64,000 nt of DNA from Candidatus Brocadia carolinensis. Lineage in GTDB: Bacteria; Planctomycetota; Brocadiia; Brocadiales; Brocadiaceae. The position numbers were made by a program, and so were the translations under genes. Shown here piece after piece: positions 1-9,322 of this stretch. The notes below the pieces were generated by a model. It ran no database searches, was not told the origin of the DNA, and saw nothing but the letters and a program-made list of their open reading frames with translations. Position 1 is the first letter of the stretch, and every line of letters starts with the position of its first letter. Location: NCBI GenBank assembly GCA_002009475.1, contig AYTS01000035.1, positions 4,710 to 68,709 on the forward strand, given 5' to 3'.

Positions 1-1
1 A

Positions 2-1729
2 GCCATCGCTATTGTTCTTTCAGGTATTGTTGCGTTAACGCTTACTCCGGCGCTTTGCGCTTTGTTTTTAAAGAACACCCACAGCCAGATCAAAAAGAAA
101 AACGTGTTTCATTATTTTTTCCATGGCTTTAATACCTGGTACGGAAATCTTTCGACAAGGTACCAAAAGTTGCTAGGTATTATTATCAACCGCAAGGTTA
201 TTACATTTTCGATATTATTGTTATTTTGTGCGGGAACAGGTATTTTTGGAAAACTTCTGCCTTCAGGTTTTATTCCTAATGAAGATCAGGGAACATTTTA
301 TGCCAGTATCACTACTCCCCCTGGCTCAACATTAGAAAGAACCAAAGAGGTGGTAAATGAAGTACAAAAAACATGCGAGGAGATTGATGCCATAGAGTCG
401 GTTTCTTCCCTGGCGGGAGCAAACATCTTATCTGATGGAACAGGCGCTACGTACGGTACCTGCCTCATCAATTTAAAAGATTGGGACGACCGGAAGGAAT
501 CCGTTACTGATGTTATCAGACTTGTTGCCGAAAAAACCAAACACATTAAAGATGCGGAAATTGAGTTTTTCCCTCCACCAGCCGTACCTGGCTATGGAAA
601 TGCCAGCGGCTTTGAATTAAGATTACTGGATAAGACCGGCAGTGGGGATGTCAAAAAAATGGAAACGGTCGTCAATCAGTTTATCAAAGATTTAAAGGAT
701 CGGACTGAAATAGCCAGGGCTTTCACCATTTTCGATGCAAGCTATCCGCAATACATGGTTCATATTGATAATGATAAAGCCGCTCAAAAAGGGGTGACCG
801 TGAATGATGCAATGAGCACACTGCAAACCTTATTAGGAAGTGAGTATGCCACAAATTTCATCCGCTTTGGTCAAATGTACAAAGTGATGGTGCAGGCATT
901 GCCTGAATACCGGGCCAAGCCAGAGGATGTCCTAAAGTTATATGTGAAAAATAATGAAAACAAAATGGTGCCTCTGTCCGCCTTCATGACTATGGAGCGC
1001 ATCTATGGCATGGATCAGATTACCCGTTACAATATGTACCAGTCTGCAGAGCTGAACGGAGAGGCAGCCAGCGGTTACAGCAGCGGAAGCGCTATTGCAG
1101 CCATTCAGGAAGTAGCCAAAGAAAAATTACCGAAGGGATACGGCATAGATTGGGCAGGCATAACCCGTGATGAAATACTATCAGGCAATGAGGCGATCTA
1201 CATTTTTATGATTTGTTTGGTATTTGTCTATTTATTATTGTCTGCACAGTATGAAAGTTTCCTCCTGCCCATGCCCGTTATTCTCTCTTTGCCTACCGGA
1301 ATATTCGGGGCATTTTTTCTCCTGCTGCTTATGGGTTTGGAAAACAATGTATATGCACAGGTAGCCATGATTATGCTTATCGGTTTGCTTGGTAAAAATG
1401 CCATCCTGATTGTTGAATTTGCCTCATTAAAACACCGGGAAGGACGGACACCCATGCAGGCCGCCATTGAAGGGGCCACCGTGAGGTTGCGGCCAATCCT
1501 CATGACATCATTTGCCTTTATTGCCGGATTGATTCCCTTAATGCTTGCAACCGGAGCGGGCGCTGTGGGTAATAGAACCATTGGTGCAGCAGCAGCAGGA
1601 GGCATGCTGTTCGGAACGATCTTTGGAGTAATTATTATCCCCGGGCTGTATGTAGTATTCGCAACCCTTGCAGAAAAATTTGTAAGAAAAGGTGTCAAAG
1701 AAGTTTTAGCGTATACAGAGACCATGTAA
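2..1729 (+). CDS. RND (AcrB/HAE1-type) efflux permease, C-terminal part; 5' end lies outside the window
   Basis: The frame is open from base 2 (AIAIVLSGIVALTLTPALCALFLKN...) and continuous with ORF 62..1729. It has periplasmic porter-like segments followed by C-terminal TM helices (LLLSAQYESFLLPMPVILSLPTGIFGAF, MTSFAFIAGLIPLMLATGAGAVGN) typical of AcrB-family pumps. An outer-membrane-factor gene starts 4 nt downstream. Confidence 0.85.
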   Translation, partial: AIAIVLSGIVALTLTPALCALFLKNTHSQIKKKNVFHYFFHGFNTWYGNLSTRYQKLLGIIINRKVITFSILLLFCAGTGIFGKLLPSGFIPNEDQGTFYASITTPPGSTLERTKEVVNEVQKTCEEIDAIESVSSLAGANILSDGTGATYGTCLINLKDWDDRKESVTDVIRLVAEKTKHIKDAEIEFFPPPAVPGYGNASGFELRLLDKTGSGDVKKMETVVNQFIKDLKDRTEIARAFTIFDASYPQYMVHIDNDKAAQKGVTVNDAMSTLQTLLGSEYATNFIRFGQMYKVMVQALPEYRAKPEDVLKLYVKNNENKMVPLSAFMTMERIYGMDQITRYNMYQSAELNGEAASGYSSGSAIAAIQEVAKEKLPKGYGIDWAGITRDEILSGNEAIYIFMICLVFVYLLLSAQYESFLLPMPVILSLPTGIFGAFFLLLLMGLENNVYAQVAMIMLIGLLGKNAILIVEFASLKHREGRTPMQAAIEGATVRLRPILMTSFAFIAGLIPLMLATGAGAVGNRTIGAAAAGGMLFGTIFGVIIIPGLYVVFATLAEKFVRKGVKEVLAYTETM

Positions 1730-1733
1730 AACA

Positions 1734-3168
1734 ATGAAGGAATCGATAGATAAAATAACTTGTGGGCTTGTGGCTGTTTGCTTATTTATGGCAGGTTGTC
1801 AGACAACAAAAAATATTGAAAGCAGTGCCATAAAACCAATGCCTGAGTCATTTGCAAACACGAAAGATTCAACAAATTCCGCAATGATTGACTGGCGACA
1901 GTTTTTCTCTGATAGCGCATTAATTGATTTGATTGATATTGCCTTGAAAAATAACCTGGATGTACTGATGACCTTCCAAAAAATCGAAATTGCACGGGCA
2001 GATTTAAAGTTACGTAAAGGGGCTTTGTTGCCGGAAATTTCTGGTGGTGGTTCTGTTTCCCAAAGAAGATTCGGACGTTACACCATGGATGGAGCCGGAA
2101 ACAGGGCAACGGAGATTACCCCAGGGCGCATGGTGCCTGATGATCTTCCCGATTATTATATCGGTTTGCAAACAACCTGGGAAATGGATATTTGGGGTAA
2201 ACTCCGCAGCAAGAAGAAGGCTGCATTTGCCCGTTATCTTGGGAGCATTGAAGGGAAAAACATCGTGCTTACCAATTTAATTTCAGAGATAGCAATCACC
2301 TATTACGAATTATTAAGCTTAGACACCGAATTGGAGATTATCAGAGAAACTATCAAACTACAGGAAGATGCGCTTTCCATGGTTACCATTCAAAAACAAG
2401 CTGCGGCGGCCAATGAGTTGGTGGTACAGCAATTTGACGCTCAGTTGCTGAATTCAAGGGCATTGGAAGTCGAAGTCCTTCAGAGGATTACGGTAAGCGA
2501 AAACAGAATAAATTATTTATTGGGTAGATTTCCACAACCGATTACCCGTAAAAAATCAATCCTCCCTAAAGAAATTCCTGCACAGGTAAAGGTTGGTATT
2601 CCATCAGATTTGTTAAAAAACAGGCCTGATATCAAGCACGCTGAGTTTGAATTGATGGCTACTAAGGCGGATGTAGTATCGGCAAAGAAGGCATTTTACC
2701 CTTCTTTTAACATTACGGGAGCTATGGGTTTTCAGGCTTTTAATACCTCGTATTTATTTAGATCGCCTGAATCCATTGCTTACACGGCAATTGGCAGTTT
2801 AACCGTTCCGCTCATTAACCGGAGTGCAATTCAGGCGCAATTTAAAACTGCACAGGCGAAACAGCTTGAGGCATTATGCAATTATCAAAAAACAATTATC
2901 AATGGTTATATAGAAGTATACAATGAAATGAATAATATTAAGAATTTGGAACGGGCATATAACCTTACAACCAAAAAAAGTGACCGCGTTAACTCAGTCA
3001 ATAGAGATATCATCGGAGCTATTCAGAACTGGCAGGGCAAACTACCTGGAGGTATTGATAACACAACAAAATGCCCTCCAATCTAAACTAGAATTAGTAA
3101 GCACCAAACAGCAACAATTTAATGCCAGTGTAAATATTTATAAGGCGCTTGGTGGCGGTTGGAGATAG
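1734..3168 (+). CDS. Efflux outer-membrane factor lipoprotein (NodT/TolC family), frameshifted as assembled at the A7 run 2973-2979
   Basis: N-terminal lipobox (VCLFMAGCQ). ORF 1734..3086 carries the OMF repeats. ORF 2980..3168 carries the canonical C-terminus (RTGRANYLEVLITQQNALQSKLELV...YKALGGGW). Deleting one A at 2973-2979 joins them as ...LTTKKVTALTQSIEISSELF... Confidence 0.8.
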
Positions 3169-3180
3169 ACGAAAGAAAAA

Positions 3181-3960
3181 TTATTGCCTGCTTACCTTTT
3201 CTTCCATGCGAAATCGAACAGGGACTGCCACCACGGATTTAACCGGTGAGTCCCCTATCCGTCCGGGTTGAAATTTCCAACGCCTGACTGCCTTTAAAGC
3301 CGCCTGATCAAGGAGTGGGTAGCCACTGCTCTGTGCAATTTCAACCTGAACCGGTATGCCTTTTTGATCGATCTCTACCCGGAGTATCACGAGCCCTTCC
3401 TGATGCATCTGTTTTGCGAGCTGAGGATATTCCGGTGGTTGATTCCGGGAATAACCGGGTGTGTTTTTCGTTCCGGTCGTTCCTTGAGAAGGACGCTGCA
3501 CAGGCTTAACAGTTTGTTGTTGCTTTTCTCTTGTTGGAGGAGTGGATTTCGCTGTATCTACCTTTGGCTGCACGGGTGTTACCGGTTCTTCCCGTGGTAC
3601 AGGCTTAACAGATTCCTGTTGTCTTTCCGTCGCAGGGGTAATGGACTGATCGGTATTTACGCTTGATTGGGGCAGTGTTGCCAGTTTTTCCGGCGGGGCA
3701 GGCTTAACTAACTCCTGCTGTTCCTCTGGTGCAGAGGTAAGAGATTGAACCGCCGCCGTGCCTGACGGTGGCACGGCGGCTACCAAATCCACGTCAACGC
3801 TCGCATAGTCTGATGGAACGCTATGCTGAACAGGCTTAACAAAATACTTCCCGCCGATATAAAACATGATACCATGAATGAATAGTGCGAGTATAAATCC
3901 TTTCATCATGCCGTGGTTGCAGGATTTGATTTTGTGGTAGCAGAATCTATCGGTAGTCAT
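3181..3960 (-). CDS. tonB: TonB energy transducer
   Basis: N-terminal TM, a Pro/Glu/Lys-rich spacer (PEEQQELVKPAPPEKL, KPVPREEPVTPVQPK) and a TonB C-terminal domain (YPQLAKQMHQEGLVILRVEIDQKG...LLDQAALKAVRRWKFQPG). The start forms an ATGA overlap with the exbD stop. Confidence 0.85.
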   Translation of the reverse strand: MTTDRFCYHKIKSCNHGMMKGFILALFIHGIMFYIGGKYFVKPVQHSVPSDYASVDVDLVAAVPPSGTAAVQSLTSAPEEQQELVKPAPPEKLATLPQSSVNTDQSITPATERQQESVKPVPREEPVTPVQPKVDTAKSTPPTREKQQQTVKPVQRPSQGTTGTKNTPGYSRNQPPEYPQLAKQMHQEGLVILRVEIDQKGIPVQVEIAQSSGYPLLDQAALKAVRRWKFQPGRIGDSPVKSVVAVPVRFRMEEKVSRQ

Positions 3961-4379
3961 TTTTGTAAAGATTCTCCCTGTTTTGTCTGAATTGCAACTT
4001 TCGTGATTCCTGAAGACCTTACCTCGTCAAGTATCTGAACGGCATTACCAAAATAGGCTTCCTTATCACCGTTAATGAAAACCCTCATGTCCGGATTTTC
4101 TGTCTGTAGTTGTTTCAAGCGTTGGGGCAAAAGGTCTGGAGCTATTTTTTCCTGATTCAAATATACATCTCCTGACCTGGCGATGGTAATGGTTACAGCT
4201 CTTTCCCGCTCCTGGGGAGTGGCCGTAGCTGCGGAAGGCAAATTCACACTGATGCCCTGATTCTTGACCATGGAAAGAGAGACCATGACAAAGGTCGCCA
4301 AAAGAAAAAATATAACATCAATAAGCGGAATGATTTCTATTCTTGCCTTCCGTCTGGTTGTTGGTAGTGGTATCTTCAT
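3957..4379 (-). CDS. exbD: ExbD/TolR biopolymer transport protein
   Basis: 140 aa with a single N-terminal TM (IPLIDVIFFLLATFVMV) and an ExbD-type periplasmic domain. It has 4-nt overlaps with exbB and tonB. Confidence 0.85.
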   Translation of the reverse strand: MKIPLPTTRRKARIEIIPLIDVIFFLLATFVMVSLSMVKNQGISVNLPSAATATPQERERAVTITIARSGDVYLNQEKIAPDLLPQRLKQLQTENPDMRVFINGDKEAYFGNAVQILDEVRSSGITKVAIQTKQGESLQK

Positions 4380-4984
4380 ACATTTTTGTCCTGCTTTAAT
4401 AGCAAAAGTTCGAGATGCGTGGTGGCATCCTCAATTTCATGCCGGGCTTCTTCAAGGCGTGCATTGAGATAATTAAAAGGAATAAGAGCGACAATGGCAG
4501 TGATCAGCCCGTATGCCGTGGCAATTAAGGCCTCGGCAATGCCACCGGTGATAACGGTAGGTGCGTCAAGCTCTCTGCCGCCCAAAAGACCAAAAGCCTG
4601 TATCATGCCGATCACCGTGCCAAAAAGACCCAGGAGCGGTGCAAGGGTGATAATGGTGTCAAGCACCGGAAGTCCCCGGTTAAAACGCTTAAGTTCCTTA
4701 TTTGCAGCCTGTAAGAGGGCGTTTGAGAAGGCCTGGTGACGGTGACGAAGCCCGTAAATAAGGGTAGAGGCAACAAAATCATTGCATCCTTCTCCCGCCT
4801 GAATCGCCCCTTCAATTTTTCCTTGCTCAACTTCGGAGAATATCTTTTCTACCGTTTCCAGGTACCGTGATCTTTTTTCACGGATAAGAAATGCCATTCG
4901 CTCAATAATTACGGTGAGAGCCGCCAAAGATGCAACGAGGATTGGCCACATAACAGGCCCTCCCCGCAAAAATAGATGAAACAT
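4376..4984 (-). CDS. exbB: ExbB/TolQ/MotA-family proton channel
   Basis: 202 aa with three TM helices and the conserved ...LAPLLGLFGTVIGMIQAF... segment. It is the first gene of an exbB-exbD-tonB triplet. Confidence 0.85.
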   Translation of the reverse strand: MFHLFLRGGPVMWPILVASLAALTVIIERMAFLIREKRSRYLETVEKIFSEVEQGKIEGAIQAGEGCNDFVASTLIYGLRHRHQAFSNALLQAANKELKRFNRGLPVLDTIITLAPLLGLFGTVIGMIQAFGLLGGRELDAPTVITGGIAEALIATAYGLITAIVALIPFNYLNARLEEARHEIEDATTHLELLLLKQDKNV

Positions 4985-5002
4985 GTTTTCCTCCTTTTTA
5001 AA

Positions 5003-7320
5003 TTAAAACCGGAAAGTCAGTGCGGCACGCACCGCAATGGGTTCAACCGATTTAAAGTGAATGTCATTACGAGGAGCGGCCTCCTCTTTTAAGCGTGATG
5101 GATAATAATAATCAATCTCGTGATCTGTGTTGTCGAGGAGGTTGAAACCCTCGACGCTGAACATCCAATTTTTGTTGAAGTTATAGCCTACCTTCGCGCT
5201 CAGCAGACTGGTAGACCCGGAACGGATGCTATTGTCTTCCGTGAGAGGGCGAGGGCCGAAATAACGCAAGCGCAGTTCACTGAAAAGGCCGCGCTCGCCT
5301 GGCTGATGGTATGCAATTCCCGCGGATATAACGCTATCAATTGCACCAGGAACGTGTCTGCCCTCCACTCCTTCACCCTCAACAGTTTCGCGAAATTCAG
5401 CATGTGAGAACGCGAAATCGGCATCCAGGGAGAGCCACTCTGTGGGTGTATAGTAATTTGTCCACTCGACACCATAACGCCTGGTCGGAGCGCTGGCTTC
5501 CGTGCTGCCAGCATCTCCGGAAAAAACCAGCTCAGAATCCATATCCAGTAACCACAACGCTACCGTGCTTTGCAATCCCTTAAAAATAGTCGTGCGTACA
5601 CCGATTTCCGCACCCTTTGTACGAACCAATGGATCTGCTGGCTCCATAGAATCGCCTGTCTTTGGGTCCACGTGTTGTGTCACACCGCGGCCATCATTAC
5701 TGTGGAAACCCATGCCGGCACTCAGGTAATACTCCGTTTTAACCCAGGGACCAAAGATAAGAGATCCTTTAGGGCTGAAGATCACATCATCACGTGTGCC
5801 GGAGTTAGCAGACAAATCACTATCCACATCGAAGTAGTAATAATCCATTCGCAATCCGAAAACCGTGCGGAATTTGTCCGCCCATTGAACCTTATTCTCA
5901 ACATAGGGGGAGAGGCTCGCCTCCCAGATATCATCCTCACGTGTTGTACCGGTAATCGTTTCGCCGTTATAGTCAACCTTGTCAGTGCGATGACGATCGA
6001 CGGTTTGGAACAAGCCATTTTTAATTGAATCGCTGCGTATTTGCAGACCTACCGTGTTTTCCATATCATGGCTGAAGATATCGCTGTACCAGGTATGGCC
6101 AGCCTTTAATCCGCCGATTCCCCGCTTGTCTTCCTGTTCAAACTGATCGCCCTGGGGGCTGTCGAGAAAATACGTGAAATTAGAAAATAGATTCAGGTCA
6201 TAGTAGACTCCATAGAGCATTACCTTCGTGGCAGAATCTGCATCAGCACGATGCCACTCAGCAGAAAGGCTGTGACGTTGTGAATCACCACCATCACTTG
6301 TATCCAGAGAATCAAAACGGTCAAAGCCGGGGATTGCATCCAGTGCACGCTCGGCAATTTGGTCGGTCGCGTTCCAGTCCCCCACATATGACATGGATGT
6401 TATGTTATAGCCCCACTCCGGTGTGCCCTGACTATAACTCAGTGTGCCATTTATTTTTTTGTAATCGTCCGGTTTGGTCCAAGGCCCGTCATTATGGAAT
6501 AATTCAACTGCGTACAGGAGGTCTCCGCTTGCGATATGCTGTGATGAGGCATACAGGCTACGTACATACCCGAAACTGCCGATTTCCGCCTGCGCTATAC
6601 TGTGTGGAAGAAAACTGACATATTGAATGTTGCTGCGCCTGCAGAGGAAAAATCACCGTTGTCTGCATAATAAGGTCCTTTTCTGAAATCTACGTGCTCA
6701 ATCAGTTCAGGGATCATGAAATTTAAGTCTGTATAGCCCTGGCCATGTCCATGAGAGGGCATATTTACTGGTACGCCGTTGACCGATGTGGCAAAGTCCG
6801 TTCCGTGGTCAAGGTTAAAGCCGCGCAGAAAAAACTGATTCGCCTTACCGGCGCCACTGTGCTGGGCAACGATAACGCCGGGAACAGTCTCCAGCACCTC
6901 ACCGGGGCGTGATAACGTGCGCCATTCCAGCTCGTCCGTTCCTATGGTACCTTGAGATGCCGTGCTTGCGATACCAAGCAAACTATCCGTGTTTCCATAA
7001 ACCAATACTTCCGGCAAAAGAAGCATGTCGGTTGTGGAGTCTTGGGCGGTCTCTGGTGAATTGCCAGTATCAGCACCTTCTTCTGACTGACGAAAGAAAT
7101 CTGCCCCTGCAGCATCTGGCGTCGAAGAACCGGCTTTACCGTGTTCTCCAGTCATGCCCTGTGTTGCTGATTCATTGAGAAATTCCTTGTTATTCTCAGC
7201 TTCTTTCTCTTCTAAAAGAGGCTCCATGGGGACGGATTCTGATATTTCTCCCGTCGATGCAGTCTTACAATAAAAGTTAGGCAACAAAGTAATTGCCAGC
7301 AAAATACATAGATGTTTCAT
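5003..7320 (-). pseudogene. TonB-dependent outer-membrane receptor (BtuB-like by context), with a single frameshift near 6628-6634
   Basis: ORF 6595..7521 holds the signal peptide (from MKHLCILLAITLL, ATG at 7320) and the plug (LPEVLVYGN, FFLRGFNLDHGTDF). The frame of ORF 5003..6394 is open upstream to about 6652 (..NIQYVSFLPHSIAQAEIGSFGYVRSLY..) and ends in the barrel terminus ALTFRF. The two frames join as ..SSAGAA|NIQYV.. only if one base is added, and the junction is not a long homopolymer. Two cobalamin riboswitch-like leaders lie upstream. Confidence 0.8.
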
Positions 7321-7344
7321 GTGAATCCTTTCTTCCCCCTCGGA

Positions 7345-7700
7345 AATAAGAATTGATAAGGCAGTATTCAGACAGGTCTCCAAGTTTCCGGGTCTTCCTG
7401 CATCCTGTGCCTTCCCATCCTGTGTTTCGTTCACCGCAGAGAACGCAGAGAGCACAGAGAAAATCAGACGGTAGAGAAGTTGTCGTGCTCCTTTCTTACC
7501 TTCCGATCTTTTCCTCTGCAAGCTCTGCGGTAAAACTACTACCGATAAGACCGTGGTATCGTGCGGCGTTCTTCGCCGGTTGCAGTTGCAGGACAGCTCA
7601 CGTTTTTACGGGATTCTCTGGATATTCGAACCATGATAAATCTCCGAACTTTCAGCTAGGCACGGAGAACCACCGTTTATCCGCGCCACCTTTTTTACGG
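7345..7700 (-). promoter_or_regulatory. Cobalamin riboswitch-like leader (proximal copy) directly upstream of the TonB-dependent receptor
   Basis: Read on the minus strand: AGAGAAUCCCGUAAAAACGUGAGCUGUCCUGCAACUGCAACCGG ... AUACCACGG ... (long hairpin insert ACCGCAGAG..CUCUGCGGU) ... GGGAAGGCAC ... GGAAGACCCGGAAACUUGGAGACCUGUC. These match my recall of the cobalamin core (GGGAA..CC..GCAACUG.AACCGG, GCCACUG, GGGAAGGC) and the B12 box (GGAGACCUGCC). It ends about 25 nt before the SD and ATG at 7320. Confidence 0.55.
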
Positions 7701-7720
7701 GTAAAATTTCTCTGTGATTA

Positions 7721-7760
7721 AATAAAAAAGCCCGTTTCTTCGCATAAAGAAGAAACGGGC
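7721..7760 (-). terminator. Intrinsic terminator (probable expression platform of the distal riboswitch)
   Basis: Minus strand AAAGCCCGUUUCUUC-UUUAUGC-GAAGAAACGGGCUUU followed by UUUUAUUU, giving a perfect 15-bp stem. Confidence 0.75.
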
Positions 7761-7799
7761 TTTTGCAGCAGCATTACCAACGCTTCACCTCCTTTACTC

Positions 7800-8072
7800 C
7801 GAAGAAGTATTCCAGCACACATTACAGGCAGGTTTTCTGACTCGCGGATCATCCTACTGGTTGCACCTTCCCGGAAAGCTGTTTTCTCAGCAGTTAAACC
7901 GTTGAAACGGCTTTTCAGTGGCTCTTGCAACGTTCGTCACCGGATACAGCGGCGGTACCGTTCCCTTTTTCTTCCTGTTTCTGACACACGGAATAACGTA
8001 TGAATTACCGTCAGAAATTCGTTGGAAATGGGATTCCCTTTTCGTCCCAATGTACCCATTGGGACACCTGTA
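7800..8072 (-). promoter_or_regulatory. Cobalamin riboswitch (distal copy)
   Basis: Minus strand: opening hairpin, then AAAAGGGAAUCCCA ... GGGAACGGUACCGCCGCUGUAUCCGGUGACGAAC ... AGCCACUG ... CGGGAAGGUGCAACCAGUAGGAUGAUCCGCGAGUCAGAAAACCUGCCUG (B12 box). Its architecture is very similar to the element upstream of cbiM at 15395-15595. Confidence 0.75.
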
Positions 8073-8107
8073 ACAAGTAATTTAATTTTTATTCGCTATC
8101 TTAAAAC

Positions 8108-9316
8108 CTACATAACGTGCTCCTTTGTTTGAAGACCGTCCGAAGGAAACCAGTTTCTCGTCTTTTTACAAAGGTAAACCAGAAACAACATGGTGGGCAC
8201 TTCAATCAACACCCCAACTACGGTGGCAAGTGAGGAACCTGACGCAAGCCCAAAGAGCATTGTGGAAGTGGCAATTGCTACTTCAAAGTGATTACTTGCA
8301 CCGATCATGGCGGAAGGAGCTGCATCTTCATAAGAAAATTTTATTACCATAGCAAAACCGTAAGTTATCCAGAAAATAAGATTCGTCTGGATGAATAGCG
8401 GTATTGCTATCCAGAGTATCGTAACGGGCTTTGTCAGAATAATTTCTCCTTTGAAGGAAAAGAGGAGTATGAGGGTAACCAGCAAAGCAACAATTGAAAC
8501 CGGTGTCAGAAAACGTAAGAATCTTTCTTCGAACCATACCTTGCCTTTCAGGTTGATGAGCCATTGTCTCGAAAGATATCCTGCAACAAGGGGCAGTGCA
8601 ACATACATGGTAATCGAGAGAACGAGCGCCTCCCAGGGCACAGGAATCCGCCCAATACCCAGCAAAAACCCACCGAGCAGCCCGTAGAGTATAAGCATTG
8701 AGAGTGAGTTTATCGCAACCATCACCAGGGTGTGTCCGTCATTACCTTGTGCAAGATAACCCCAGACAAGCACCATAGCTGTGCAGGGCGCAATTCCCAG
8801 AAGGATACAACCTGCAAGATAACTCCGCCACAGGGGAACAAGGAGCATCTTACCACTGTGATGCAGTACGACTATTCCCGCGCCATGTCTCGACCCAACA
8901 TCCCAATCAGCGCCCAGCGGCAGTTTTACAAAATCGTATGCGTGTGCACCAATAAAATCCTTAAAGAGAACTCCCAGAAAAAACAAGGCAATGCCATACA
9001 TGGTAAACGGTTTAATTGCCCAGTTTGCAAAAAGTGTTAGTCCTACCGGTTTCACCGACTTGCCCGCCTTCATGACTTCGGCAAAATCAATTTTCACCAT
9101 GATAGGATACATCATAAAGAAAAGACACACGGCAATAGGGATGGAAACAACCGGCGCTTCATTTACGTAAATTGCAAGTCCGTCAAGATACCGTGCAACG
9201 CCCGGAGCGCCGTTGCCTAAGCCTATCCCCGCAAGGATGCAGATAATTACCCATACCGTAAGGTATTTTTCAAAGACACGGAGATTCCTCTCTGCTTTTT
9301 TACTGTGCATGGGCAT
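8108..9316 (-). CDS. acr3: ACR3-family (arsenite efflux-like) permease
   Basis: 402 aa and polytopic. ACR3-type motifs are present: [55 protein letters not shown] and [18 protein letters not shown]...[11 protein letters not shown]. It carries an extra loop of about 35-45 aa ([37 protein letters not shown]) before the conserved Cys motif. It starts 6 nt after the cobQ stop. Confidence 0.75.
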   Translation of the reverse strand: MPMHSKKAERNLRVFEKYLTVWVIICILAGIGLGNGAPGVARYLDGLAIYVNEAPVVSIPIAVCLFFMMYPIMVKIDFAEVMKAGKSVKPVGLTLFANWAIKPFTMYGIALFFLGVLFKDFIGAHAYDFVKLPLGADWDVGSRHGAGIVVLHHSGKMLLVPLWRSYLAGCILLGIAPCTAMVLVWGYLAQGNDGHTLVMVAINSLSMLILYGLLGGFLLGIGRIPVPWEALVLSITMYVALPLVAGYLSRQWLINLKGKVWFEERFLRFLTPVSIVALLVTLILLFSFKGEIILTKPVTILWIAIPLFIQTNLIFWITYGFAMVIKFSYEDAAPSAMIGASNHFEVAIATSTMLFGLASGSSLATVVGVLIEVPTMLFLVYLCKKTRNWFPSDGLQTKEHVM

Positions 9317-9322
9317 TTAAAT

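Noticed and set aside
1228-6618. Assorted internal or antisense ORFs in the RND, OMF, TonB and receptor genes (for example 1228..1734, 1786..2109, 3364..3666, 5570..6028, 6280..6618).
   Set aside because: Each is nested in or antisense to a gene with clear family motifs. None has independent support.
6595-7930. The N-terminal extension of ORF 6595..7521 (MQRKRSEGKK...) and ORF 7718..7930.
   Set aside because: Both lie over the riboswitch-like leaders and the terminator hairpin. The receptor has a proper SD plus signal peptide at ATG 7320. These are translations of structured RNA.
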